Assembly (NCBI GenBank): GCA_009886115.1
Contig: VFJJ01000018.1
Coordinates: 1 to 64,000, forward strand
DNA length: 64,000 nucleotides
From: Actinomycetota bacterium
GTDB taxonomy: Bacteria > Actinomycetota > Acidimicrobiia > IMCC26256 > VFJJ01
Direction: 5' to 3'
In this document: positions 55,556 to 64,000 of the stretch, piece after piece
Position numbering within the stretch: position 1 is the stretch's first letter
How the letters are laid out: each line of letters begins with the position of its first letter
Position numbers and translations under genes: made by a program
Notes under the pieces: model-generated
Database searches by the model: none
What the model was told of the DNA's origin: nothing
The model's input: the letters and a program-made list of their open reading frames with translations, nothing else

Positions 55556-56173
55556 ATGAACGCCCGCGACGGCGCATTCGTAGACCCTGCGACGGCGCAG
55601 TCGCCTTCGATGCCGTCGCAGGCTCCCGAGCATCAGGCGTCGCTCGACGGTGTGACCGAGATCGCGGCTGCGCTGGCGCGGATCAAGCAACTCCAGAGCA
55701 GCCGCAGGGTCGCGGTCATCATGAACGCCGCGGCGGGGGTCGAGCTTTCCCAGCAGGAGGCCCAGGTCCTGCGGACGCTCGCCGACGGGATCGTGAGGCC
55801 GGTGGCCGAACTGGCCCGTGCCGCGCACATGGACGTCGGCGCTGTGAGCCGCCAGATCCGTGCGCTCGACGAACGCAGCCTCGTGACACGCTCGCCCAGT
55901 CCCGACAACGGCAGCGTCGTCCTGGTCGAGCTCACCTCCGCCGGCCGCGCCGTGGCGACCCGTCTCGTGACCGTGGCGCATCGTCATCTCGTCCAGAGCC
56001 TCGCCGGCTGGACCGAATCCGACCGTCGGCGGATGGGCCACCTGCTGATCCGCCTGGTCGACGACCTCCAACGCACGCCCTATCCCGCAGTCGACGGACG
56101 CGGCGACGACCGTGACCGTGCCCCCGGCGGCGTCCCCGACCCGTGCCCCTCCGAGCGAATGAGCAGATCATGA
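55556..56173 (+). CDS. MarR-family transcriptional regulator
   Basis: AELARAAHMDVGAVSRQIRALDERSLVTR...VELTSAGR; start uncertain. Confidence 0.85.
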   Translation: MNARDGAFVDPATAQSPSMPSQAPEHQASLDGVTEIAAALARIKQLQSSRRVAVIMNAAAGVELSQQEAQVLRTLADGIVRPVAELARAAHMDVGAVSRQIRALDERSLVTRSPSPDNGSVVLVELTSAGRAVATRLVTVAHRHLVQSLAGWTESDRRRMGHLLIRLVDDLQRTPYPAVDGRGDDRDRAPGGVPDPCPSERMSRS

Positions 56174-57018
56174 ATCGATTCCAGGGCCGCAAGGTCGTCG
56201 TCACCGGATCGAGCCGAGGGATCGGCGCCGCGCTGGCCGAGCGCTTCGCGGCCGAGGGCGCCGACGTGGTCGTGACCGCCCGCACCGTCGACAAGCACGA
56301 CCACCTCGCCGGCTCGCTCAGCGAGACGCTCGAACGCTGCCGGCGCTACGGGACCGTCGTCGAGGCGGTGGCCGCCGATCTGGGCGACGGCGACTCGAGG
56401 GCCACGATCATCCCGCAGGCGCTGGCGATCCTGGACGGGCGCATCGACATCCTGGTGAACAACGCCGCTGCGGCCATCTACGCCTCGTCGTTGACCTATC
56501 CCCTCAAGCGTCGCCGGATCAGCTTCGAGGTCAACGTCCATGCACCCGTCGATCTGGCCCAGGCGGTCATCCCGGGCATGGTCGAACGGGGAGAGGGCTG
56601 GATCGTCAATGTTTCCAGCGCCTCCTCGAAGCTCGTCGCCGGACCGGCTCCGTTCAAGATCTCCGAGACGGCCTCGACCATCGCCGTCTACGGCTCGAGC
56701 AAGGCCGCGCTCAACCGCATCAGCAATGCTCTCGGCGTTGAGCTCTACGGGACGGGCGTTCGGGTGAACACCGTCGAGCCGCGTGCCGCCGTGATGAGCG
56801 AGGGCGCCGAGGCCCTCGTCGGCGGGCGCATCGCCGACGACCTGATCGAGTCGATGGAAGCCATGGTCGAAGGCACGCTGGTGCTGTGCGACTGCCCGCC
56901 GGAACGGACGGGTGGCATCCACGTGAGCCTCGATCTCCTCGACGAGCTCGGGGTCACGGTCATGGAGCTCGACGGGTCGGCCCCCTATCCCGGTGGTCAA
57001 CGGGTGCACCGTGGCTGA
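56170..57018 (+). CDS. SDR oxidoreductase
   Basis: TGSSRGIG, NNAA, YGSSK. Confidence 0.92.
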   Translation: MNRFQGRKVVVTGSSRGIGAALAERFAAEGADVVVTARTVDKHDHLAGSLSETLERCRRYGTVVEAVAADLGDGDSRATIIPQALAILDGRIDILVNNAAAAIYASSLTYPLKRRRISFEVNVHAPVDLAQAVIPGMVERGEGWIVNVSSASSKLVAGPAPFKISETASTIAVYGSSKAALNRISNALGVELYGTGVRVNTVEPRAAVMSEGAEALVGGRIADDLIESMEAMVEGTLVLCDCPPERTGGIHVSLDLLDELGVTVMELDGSAPYPGGQRVHRG

Positions 57019-57105
57019 CCCGTCGACTCCCGTCGTCGAGGTGGGTCACGATCACGCGCCTTCCATCGAGCAGCTCCAGCCGGGGTGGAAGGGACGGTAA
57101 CTGTG

Positions 57106-57942
57106 GTGAATGTCGGTTTCGTCGGGATCGGCCAGCAGGGTGGGGGAATGGTGCGGCGCATGATCGCCGAAGGCCTTCCCACGACGTTGTGGGCCCGTCG
57201 GCCCGAGGTGCTCGACGAGTTCCCTGGCGCGGCTCGGGCTGCGAGCCTGCGCGAGCTCGGTGCTCGGAGCGAGATCGTCGGCGTCTGCGTCGTCGACGAC
57301 GCCGGGGTCGAGGCCGTGGTGCTGGGGACTCCCGACGGTGGCGCCGCGGGCGACGGGCTCCTGGCTGGCATGGCGCCGGGCGGCGTGATCGCCATCCACT
57401 CCACCGTGCACCCGGCAACCTGCGTTCGCCTCGGAGAGACGGCCGCGGCACGCGGGGTGACGGTCATCGACGCTCCGGTGAGCGGGGGCGCCGACGCGGC
57501 CGAGCAGGGTCGTCTGGTGGTGATGGTGGGCGGCGATCGTGACGTGTTCGAGCGGGCGCTCCCGGTGTTGTCGACCTACGGCGATCCCGTGGTGCACATG
57601 GGCCCGCTTGGGAGCGGTCAGCTGGCCAAGCTCGTCAACAACGTGATGTTCACCGCCCACCTGGCGCTCGCCCAAGACGCCATGGAGCTCGCCCAGGGAC
57701 TGGGGATCGACCCGGCCCGCCTGGTCGAGGTGCTCCAGCGCGGATCGGCCGGCAGCTTCGCGCTCGGGATCGTCGCGCAGGTGGGCTCACTGCCGGCGTT
57801 CCCCACATCGGGGAGCGTGCTGCTGAAGAAGGATGTCGGGATCGTGGACGGCGTCGCGGCGGCGCACGGTGCACCTGCAGGTCTGCTCATCGACGTGGCC
57901 GATCGTGCCCTGCGCACCATGGGCCAGCCCCGCTGGCAATAG
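57106..57942 (+). CDS. Beta-hydroxyacid (3-hydroxyisobutyrate) dehydrogenase family
   Basis: GFVGIGQQG, DAPVSGG, GSGQLAKLVNN, KD. Confidence 0.9.
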   Translation: MNVGFVGIGQQGGGMVRRMIAEGLPTTLWARRPEVLDEFPGAARAASLRELGARSEIVGVCVVDDAGVEAVVLGTPDGGAAGDGLLAGMAPGGVIAIHSTVHPATCVRLGETAAARGVTVIDAPVSGGADAAEQGRLVVMVGGDRDVFERALPVLSTYGDPVVHMGPLGSGQLAKLVNNVMFTAHLALAQDAMELAQGLGIDPARLVEVLQRGSAGSFALGIVAQVGSLPAFPTSGSVLLKKDVGIVDGVAAAHGAPAGLLIDVADRALRTMGQPRWQ

Positions 57943-57981
57943 CGAGGCCGCTCGCGGAGCCGAGCTCGTCCCAACCGACGC

Positions 57982-58764
57982 TCAGCCGAACAGCGCCGGG
58001 GTGGGGAGGCGGGCCGCGAGGCTGCCGTCGATGGCGATGACCGCGCCGCTCAGGTACGACGCGTCATCGGACGCGAGGAACACGGCCAGCGACGCCACCT
58101 CGGCCGGGGTGCCTATGCGCCCCAAGGGGAGCTTGGCGCCGTAGCCCGCAACACCGCCGGGGATCTGGTCGTCGATGGAGTCGAAGGCCGGCGTGTGGAT
58201 CGGTCCCGGGCACATGGCGTTGCTGCGGATCCCGTGCTCGGCGTACTCCACCGCAGTGGCCTTGGTGAGCCCGATGAGCGCGTGCTTGGCCGAGGTGTAC
58301 GCCGCCATGTTGTGCTCGGCGAGCAGACCAGCTCCCGAGACGGTGGTCACGATGGCCCCGCTCCTCTGGGGCACCATGACCCCGAGGGCGGCCCGGATGC
58401 AGTAGAACGCGCCGTCGACGACCACTGCGAACTGCCGACGCCAGTCGTCGTCGCTCAGGTCGCCCACCTTGCCGAACACGCCGATGCCAGCGTTGCAGTG
58501 CAGCACGTCGAGACGGCCGAAGTGTTCGACGGCCGTGGCCACCAACCGCACCGCCGTTGCGGGGTCTGACACGTCGCCGGCACAGGCCACGACCGAAGCG
58601 CCGGTCGCAGCCAGCGCCGCCACCGCGGCATCGGCTCCCACGGGGTCGACATCGTTGAGCACGAGGCGAGCTCCCTCGGCGCAGAACCGTTCCGCGCACG
58701 CCCGTCCGATCCCCTGTGCCGCCCCGGTGACGATCGCCACCCGGCCCTCGAGCCGTCCGTTCAT
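57982..58764 (-). CDS. SDR oxidoreductase
   Basis: TGAAQGIG, NAG, YTSAK. GAGGAG RBS. Confidence 0.92.
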   Translation of the reverse strand: MNGRLEGRVAIVTGAAQGIGRACAERFCAEGARLVLNDVDPVGADAAVAALAATGASVVACAGDVSDPATAVRLVATAVEHFGRLDVLHCNAGIGVFGKVGDLSDDDWRRQFAVVVDGAFYCIRAALGVMVPQRSGAIVTTVSGAGLLAEHNMAAYTSAKHALIGLTKATAVEYAEHGIRSNAMCPGPIHTPAFDSIDDQIPGGVAGYGAKLPLGRIGTPAEVASLAVFLASDDASYLSGAVIAIDGSLAARLPTPALFG

Positions 58765-58946
58765 CGTTGTCTCCTCGATGTCGTGGCTCGATGGCCCGAC
58801 TGCGGGCTCGACCCGTCGAGGCCTCGAACTGCCCGGACGGGGAGGTTCCTGACCGCGAGCTCGGAGCTTTCGCACCGATGCTCGCCGCGAGCATCGAGCG
58901 CCCGCAAGGCGTGGGTCTACGGTGGGGTGCGAGTCGAGGAGGCGCT

Positions 58947-61373
58947 GTGGACGTGGGCTCGGAGAGGCACAGGATCCCGGGTATCGCCGGCTTGGTCGAG
59001 ATCGGCCGTGGCGGATTCGGTCGCGTGTACCGGGCCACACAGACCGAGCTTGGTCGTTCGGTGGCCGTGAAGGTGCTCGCGCCTGCCATCGACGAGCGCT
59101 CGCGATCACGGTTCACCCGCGAGCGCCGCTCGCTGTCCGCGCTGTCGGGTCATCCCAACGTCGTCACCGTGTTCGACTCCGGCTTCACCGACAACGACGA
59201 GCCGTACCTGATCATGGAGCTGATGGAGGGCGGCTCCCTCGCCGAGCGGCTTGGCGACATAGGGCCGCTCGACTGGACCATCGCGGTGCCTCTCGTGGTG
59301 GCGGTTGGTGGAGCGCTGGAGTCGGCGCACCGTCGCGACGTGCTGCACCGCGACGTGAAGCCGGCCAACGTTCTCGTCGACCGGTTCGGCACTCCGAAGC
59401 TCGGCGACTTCGGCATCGCATCGGTCAGCTCGGGTGACACCACCGGGACCGGCGCCGTCACTGCCAGCCTCTCGCACGCTGCGCCCGAGGTGATCTCCGG
59501 CCATCGGGCGTCGGCGGCGAGTGACCAGTATTCGCTGGCATCCACGCTGTACGAGTTGTTGCACGGCGCCCCGGCGTTCGTGCGCCCGACCGACGAGTCG
59601 GTGCTGCCACTGGTGGCCCGGGTGGCGGCGGAGCCGGTGCCCGATCTTCGACCGATCGGGGTTCCCGACGGCGTGTGCATCGTCCTCGAGCGAGCCATGG
59701 CCAAGACGCCGGATGAGCGGTTCTCCGACGTTCTGGCGTTCATCGGGGCTCTCGGTGACGCGGCCGGGAACGCCGGTCAACCCCGGCCTAGCTTCGTCGT
59801 CGAGGCTCCAGGGCTGGGCTCGACGCCCGATCCGGGCCTGGTAGTTCCCGCGCTGGCGTTGCTGGGCTCCGAGGCCGAGGTCCTCGAAGCCGACCGTGCC
59901 GTCGGCGTCACCAACGCGGGTGTCGCCGACTCGGGTGTCGCCGGCGTGCCCCTCGGCGCGCCGTTGCTCTCGGGCGCCAAGGCCGATCCCGGGGTACCCC
60001 CGGGGTCGGAGACGACCGCGATACCGAAGGCCTCGTCGGTGGACGTCGGCCACGACGATGCCACGGGGGGTGTGCCGAGTTCGCGCTCGCGACGGCGATT
60101 GGCCGTGGCCGCCGGTCTGGCGGCGGTCGCGATCGCCGCCGCTGCGCTGGTGATCGATCTCGGCGGCGAGGGCCCCGGTGCCCCAGACGACATCGTCGCC
60201 GCGGAATCGGAGTCCTCGGTCGATGGCCCTGGTGTTGAGAATGGCGATGGCGCTGGCCCGGTGAGTGGTGAACCGAAGAACTCCGACTCGGCGCCTGCGT
60301 CCGGCTCGGGTTCCACAGCGGTGCTCGAGGAGGTCTCGGGCACGGGGGCCTCGACCGGACGTTCGTCGACCGCGACCAGCTCGGACGGGGCTTCGCAGGC
60401 TACCGACTCGAGGAACGTCTCGCCGACGGTTGGTACGGCCCGGGGTCCGGGCTCGCTCTCGACGCGGGTCGAGGGTTCGAGCCCGGCCAGCTCACCGTCC
60501 GGTGGCACCGTGACCTCAGGCCCGCCGGGCTCGGCCACGATCCCCGCGACCGCGACCTCATCGGCCGCCCAGGGCAGCGCTTCGCCTTCTCCGTCTCCCT
60601 CCCCTTCGCCTTCTCCGTCTCCGTCTCCGTCTCCGTCTTCGTCTTCGTCTCCGTCTTCGTCTTCGTCTTCGTCTCCGTCTTCGTCTTCGTCTTCGTCTTC
60701 GTCTTCGTCTCCTGCTGCGCCCACGCTGCCGCCTCCTCCCCCGCCGCCTCCTCCGGCCACAACGACCACGCAGCCCGTCACGGCTCCGGGAGCAGTGACG
60801 AACGCCAGTGCGCAGAACCCGACGCAGTCGACCTTCAACGGACCCGTCTCGGTTTCGCTCTCGTGGTCGGCCCCCACGAGCACCGGCGGCGTCGCCCTCA
60901 GGCCCTACGTCGTCACGGTCGAGACGGTGTCGAACGCATCGGGCGCCGTGCTCACCTCCAACACGGCCGAGGTCAGCGGCACCTCGACCTCGGTCACGGT
61001 CAACGTGGGGAACAATTCCCGGGGCCGCTACACCGTCAGAGCCGTCAACGTGGCCGGGCTCAGCGGTCCGACGACCACCCTCCAGGGCCGTATTCCGGTC
61101 GTCGCCCCGCTGAACAACTTCGCCACGTCGAGCGCGTACTTCCTGGTCCGGGCCGTCGGCATGCCGACCGCCACGATCCCGTATTACGAGACCTCCGGCC
61201 CCTATGGCCCCAACGACTCGGTGACGGTTTCGCAGCGACCGGCACCGGGGACGACGTTCGCCGCCGGCACGACCGTGACGCTGGTCATCTGGGACCGAGC
61301 CAGCTGCGAGGCCGATGGCGACCAGCCCAACAACTACTGCTACAAGCCGCCGCCGCCCGGAAGCACGTTCTGA
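58947..61373 (+). CDS. Hanks-type Ser/Thr kinase with TM, long S/P/T stalk, FN3 and PASTA-like domains
   Basis: GRGGFG, VAVK, HRDVKPAN, DFG, APE; TM LAVAAGLAAVAIAAAALVI; LSWSAPTSTGG...YTVRAVN (FN3); VSQRPAPGT...VTLVI (PASTA-like). Confidence 0.9.
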   Translation: MDVGSERHRIPGIAGLVEIGRGGFGRVYRATQTELGRSVAVKVLAPAIDERSRSRFTRERRSLSALSGHPNVVTVFDSGFTDNDEPYLIMELMEGGSLAERLGDIGPLDWTIAVPLVVAVGGALESAHRRDVLHRDVKPANVLVDRFGTPKLGDFGIASVSSGDTTGTGAVTASLSHAAPEVISGHRASAASDQYSLASTLYELLHGAPAFVRPTDESVLPLVARVAAEPVPDLRPIGVPDGVCIVLERAMAKTPDERFSDVLAFIGALGDAAGNAGQPRPSFVVEAPGLGSTPDPGLVVPALALLGSEAEVLEADRAVGVTNAGVADSGVAGVPLGAPLLSGAKADPGVPPGSETTAIPKASSVDVGHDDATGGVPSSRSRRRLAVAAGLAAVAIAAAALVIDLGGEGPGAPDDIVAAESESSVDGPGVENGDGAGPVSGEPKNSDSAPASGSGSTAVLEEVSGTGASTGRSSTATSSDGASQATDSRNVSPTVGTARGPGSLSTRVEGSSPASSPSGGTVTSGPPGSATIPATATSSAAQGSASPSPSPSPSPSPSPSPSPSSSSSPSSSSSSSPSSSSSSSSSSSPAAPTLPPPPPPPPPATTTTQPVTAPGAVTNASAQNPTQSTFNGPVSVSLSWSAPTSTGGVALRPYVVTVETVSNASGAVLTSNTAEVSGTSTSVTVNVGNNSRGRYTVRAVNVAGLSGPTTTLQGRIPVVAPLNNFATSSAYFLVRAVGMPTATIPYYETSGPYGPNDSVTVSQRPAPGTTFAAGTTVTLVIWDRASCEADGDQPNNYCYKPPPPGSTF
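60580..60712 (+). repeat. Hexamer microsatellite (TCTCCG/TCTTCG) coding (SP)n and poly-Ser
   Basis: Direct reading of the sequence. Confidence 0.9.
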
Positions 61374-61476
61374 CCCGCTCCAACGGCTCCGCCGACTGCG
61401 TCAGCCTGAGGCACCGCCAAGACCTCGACCGCCGGCCCTTGGGCTGTTGCCCGCCCAGCACTGCGAGGATCGTCTT

Positions 61477-62235
61477 ATGACCGTCGACATCGACCAGCGC
61501 GGAGCCGTTCGGATCGTCACCATCAACCGGCCTGAGCGGCGCAACGCGCTCGACCCCGAGACCTTCGCCGGGGTGGGTCGAGCCTTTGCCGAGGCCGAGA
61601 CCGACGACGCCGTGCGCGTCATGGTGATCACCGGCGCCGGCGATCGGGCGTTCTGCTCGGGCATGGACCTCAAGGCCTTCGCCGCCGGAGCAGCCATGCT
61701 TCACCAGGGCGGTCCGGGCATCGACGTGTTCACCGAGCGGCGCTACCCCAAGCCGGTGATCGCTGCGGTCAACGGTGCCGCGGTGGGCGGAGGGTTCGGG
61801 ATGATGCTGGCGTGTGACCTCATCGTGGCGGCCGATCACGCCGTGTTCGGCCTGCCCGAGGTCAAGCGGGGACTGGTTGGAGCCGGGGCCAGCGCCAAGG
61901 CGGCCCTGCGACTCCCTCCGGCCATCGCCCTGGAGTTGGCCCTCACCGGCGAGACGATCGACGCGGCGCGGGCGCTGCATCTCGGGATCGTGAACCGCGT
62001 CGTCGCCGGGCGCGATGTGCTCGCCACCACGGTTGCTCTGGCTGAGACGATCGCCGCGAACGGGCCGATCGCGGTGGCCGCGTCGAAGGAGGTCGTCTAC
62101 CTGGTGGCCGGTCTCGACACCATCGACATGCCCCGGATCAGGGCGATGACGGCGCACGTGTCGAAGACCGCCGATGCCGCAGAGGGCGCCCGGGCCTTCG
62201 CCGAGAAGCGCCCGCCGAGGTTCACGGGCCGCTGA
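61477..62235 (+). CDS. Enoyl-CoA hydratase/isomerase
   Basis: NRPERRNAL, FCSGMDL, AVNGAAVGGG, LPEVKRG. Confidence 0.92.
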   Translation: MTVDIDQRGAVRIVTINRPERRNALDPETFAGVGRAFAEAETDDAVRVMVITGAGDRAFCSGMDLKAFAAGAAMLHQGGPGIDVFTERRYPKPVIAAVNGAAVGGGFGMMLACDLIVAADHAVFGLPEVKRGLVGAGASAKAALRLPPAIALELALTGETIDAARALHLGIVNRVVAGRDVLATTVALAETIAANGPIAVAASKEVVYLVAGLDTIDMPRIRAMTAHVSKTADAAEGARAFAEKRPPRFTGR

Positions 62236-62468
62236 GGCTCCCTCGATCGGGGTGCGCTCCGTCATCCAGCCTCGGTCAGTGCGACGGATGACACATGGTC
62301 GACGGCAGGACACCGCATCGATGCCACCAGGCTGAGCACCCCAAAGTGACCACTTCTCACAGAACGCGAAACATGCGCTCAACAGGGGCTCAACAGGTTG
62401 ACGATCGCCGACGAAATGAGGGAAGGGCACCGTACGTTGACCGGAGTCCACCTACCAGGAGCTCCTGA

Positions 62469-63077
62469 ATGACACGTCGTCCTCGCACTCTTGCCCGTCT
62501 GGCCCGCTCGGCAGCCATCCTCAGCCTCGTCGTGCTCGCCGTTGCCGCATGTGGCGATGATGATGATGATGCGGCCTCCCCCGTGACCATCGCACCCGAA
62601 ACGACCGCCGCCCCGGCCGCCACGACGGCTCCCGCGACCGCAGCGCCAGCCGCCGGTGACATCCTGGAGGTGGCCGCAGCCGAGGGCGACCTCGGGACCT
62701 TCCTCACTTCGCTCGAGGCGGCCGGCATCATGGACGGTCTGCACGGTGCAGGGCCGTTCACGGTCTTCGTCCCCACCGACGAAGCCTTCAGCGCCTATCT
62801 CACGGAGGCTGGCATGAGCCAGGCCGAGCTGTTCACCGACCCGGCCCTGCTCAGGTCGGTGCTCGACTACCACCTGGTCGAGATGATCGAGAGCTCCGAG
62901 CAGGTGATGGGTATGGCCGGTCAGTCGTTCGTCACTGCGAACGGTGCGGAGCTGGCTGTCGCTGTCGATGGCGACACGGTGAAGGTCGGTAACGCAACGG
63001 TCGAGCGCTACGACATCCAAGCATCGAACGGCGTGATCCACGTGATCGACGCCGTTCTGATCCCGCCCGCAGCGTGA
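62469..63077 (+). CDS. Fasciclin-domain lipoprotein
   Basis: AACGDDDDD; GPFTVFVPTDEAF, LDYH, ASNGVIHVIDAVL. Confidence 0.93.
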   Translation: MTRRPRTLARLARSAAILSLVVLAVAACGDDDDDAASPVTIAPETTAAPAATTAPATAAPAAGDILEVAAAEGDLGTFLTSLEAAGIMDGLHGAGPFTVFVPTDEAFSAYLTEAGMSQAELFTDPALLRSVLDYHLVEMIESSEQVMGMAGQSFVTANGAELAVAVDGDTVKVGNATVERYDIQASNGVIHVIDAVLIPPAA

Positions 63078-63095
63078 ACGTTCGAAGGTGACCCT

Positions 63096-64000
63096 GTGAG
63101 CATCGAGACCCAGCTCCCCGACACGACCGTCCCCGCCCGGGATCGAAGCCCTGATCCCGATCCCGGAGCGGCGAGCCACTCCCGGCTCGGCGCGGCGTTC
63201 AGCGGCCTCATGGCCGCGGGCGCCGCGCTGGCGACCGGGGAGCTGATCTCGGGTCTCAGCCGGCGAGTGCCGTCGCTGGTGATCAGCGTGGCCGAAGTCT
63301 TCGTCGACTCGACCCCGGGCGGCGTCGTCCGCTGGAGCATCCGCACGTTCGGCACCAACCAGAAGACCCTGCTCGTGTGGGGTGTCACCCTGGCCGCACT
63401 GCTGGTCGGCGTGCTCTTCGGCGTCTGGGCTCGCCGCCAGTTCGCCCAGGGCGCCTTGGCATTCACGGGCTTCGCGATCTTCGGCGGATGGGCGGTGGCG
63501 CGGAGCCCACTCTCGGCCGACGGGTGGTCGTGGGTTTCGGCGATCCTGGCCGGGGCGATCGGGATCGCCGTCCTCTGGTCGATGCTGCGGACCCTGGCCG
63601 GGCTGCGGATCGTGCCCGATCGGCTGAAGCGCCGTTCGTTGCCGAGCCCCGCTGCGAGCGTTGCCGGCCCGGCACCCATGGCGGCCTTGGCACCCATGGC
63701 ACCGATAACCATGGCAGCCACGCCCAAGACTGCCATGGTTATGAACATACCCGGACGCCCGAGCCGGCGCGGGTTCCTCGCCGCGGGCGGGATCGCCGTG
63801 GCGTGGTCGGCCGGCGGCATCGGCATCGGGCGTCATCTTCGCAACTCGCACAACGTCGAGGCAGCCCGCGACGAGGTCGCGACGCGCCTGGGGGCCGAGC
63901 CGACGGCCGGCGCTTCTCCGACCACGATCCCGACAGGTCTCACGAGCTTCGACGGCCTGGTCGACGACCTCACCCCGCTCGTCACGCCCAACGCCGACTT
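63096..64000 (+). CDS. Membrane-bound molybdopterin oxidoreductase (sulfite oxidase family), runs off the window
   Basis: Not in the ORF track because there is no stop. VDSTPGGVVRWSIRTFGTNQK, several TMs, internal SRRGFL Tat-like motif, LTPLVTPNAD at the edge; adjacent to fasciclin. Confidence 0.75.
   Translation, partial: MSIETQLPDTTVPARDRSPDPDPGAASHSRLGAAFSGLMAAGAALATGELISGLSRRVPSLVISVAEVFVDSTPGGVVRWSIRTFGTNQKTLLVWGVTLAALLVGVLFGVWARRQFAQGALAFTGFAIFGGWAVARSPLSADGWSWVSAILAGAIGIAVLWSMLRTLAGLRIVPDRLKRRSLPSPAASVAGPAPMAALAPMAPITMAATPKTAMVMNIPGRPSRRGFLAAGGIAVAWSAGGIGIGRHLRNSHNVEAARDEVATRLGAEPTAGASPTTIPTGLTSFDGLVDDLTPLVTPNAD

Overview
High-GC actinobacterial chromosomal window, probably Acidimicrobiia. 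That assignment is an inference from the 'ACGDDDD' lipoproteins, a mycothione reductase, an igr-like steroid module and leaderless TANNNT promoters. Left to right it holds: (1) a decayed island at the 3' end of tRNA-Arg(UCU), with an IS21-like end cutting a vapC toxin, an intact antitoxin and a frameshifted xis; (2) a Liv-type ABC importer; (3) a stand-alone carrier protein-thioesterase divergent from a surface-polysaccharide locus, whose first ORF appears to fuse Wzx flippase, GT4 glycosyltransferase and a Wzz/Wzc-like pseudokinase; (4) two amidohydrolases and a Ser/Thr kinase with an extracellular FGE-fold domain; (5) steroid side-chain/acyl-CoA genes (ChsH2-ChsH1 fusion, Ltp2); (6) a ~14 kb nucleobase-scavenging cluster with two adenine deaminase paralogs, a DszC-like monooxygenase, an ADA-family deaminase, a BMP nucleoside ABC importer with a GlnR-like box and a close homolog of the atrazine hydrolase TrzN; (7) mycothione reductase and a degraded copper cluster; (8) beta-oxidation/SDR/Rieske genes, a hemA remnant, a second kinase (FN3/PASTA), fasciclin and a Mo-oxidoreductase running off the end. 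The best candidates for novelty are the TrzN-like enzyme in a native purine context and the Wzx-GT-Wzc fusion. No CRISPR array or rRNA was seen. All family calls come from motif recognition by eye, not from database searches.
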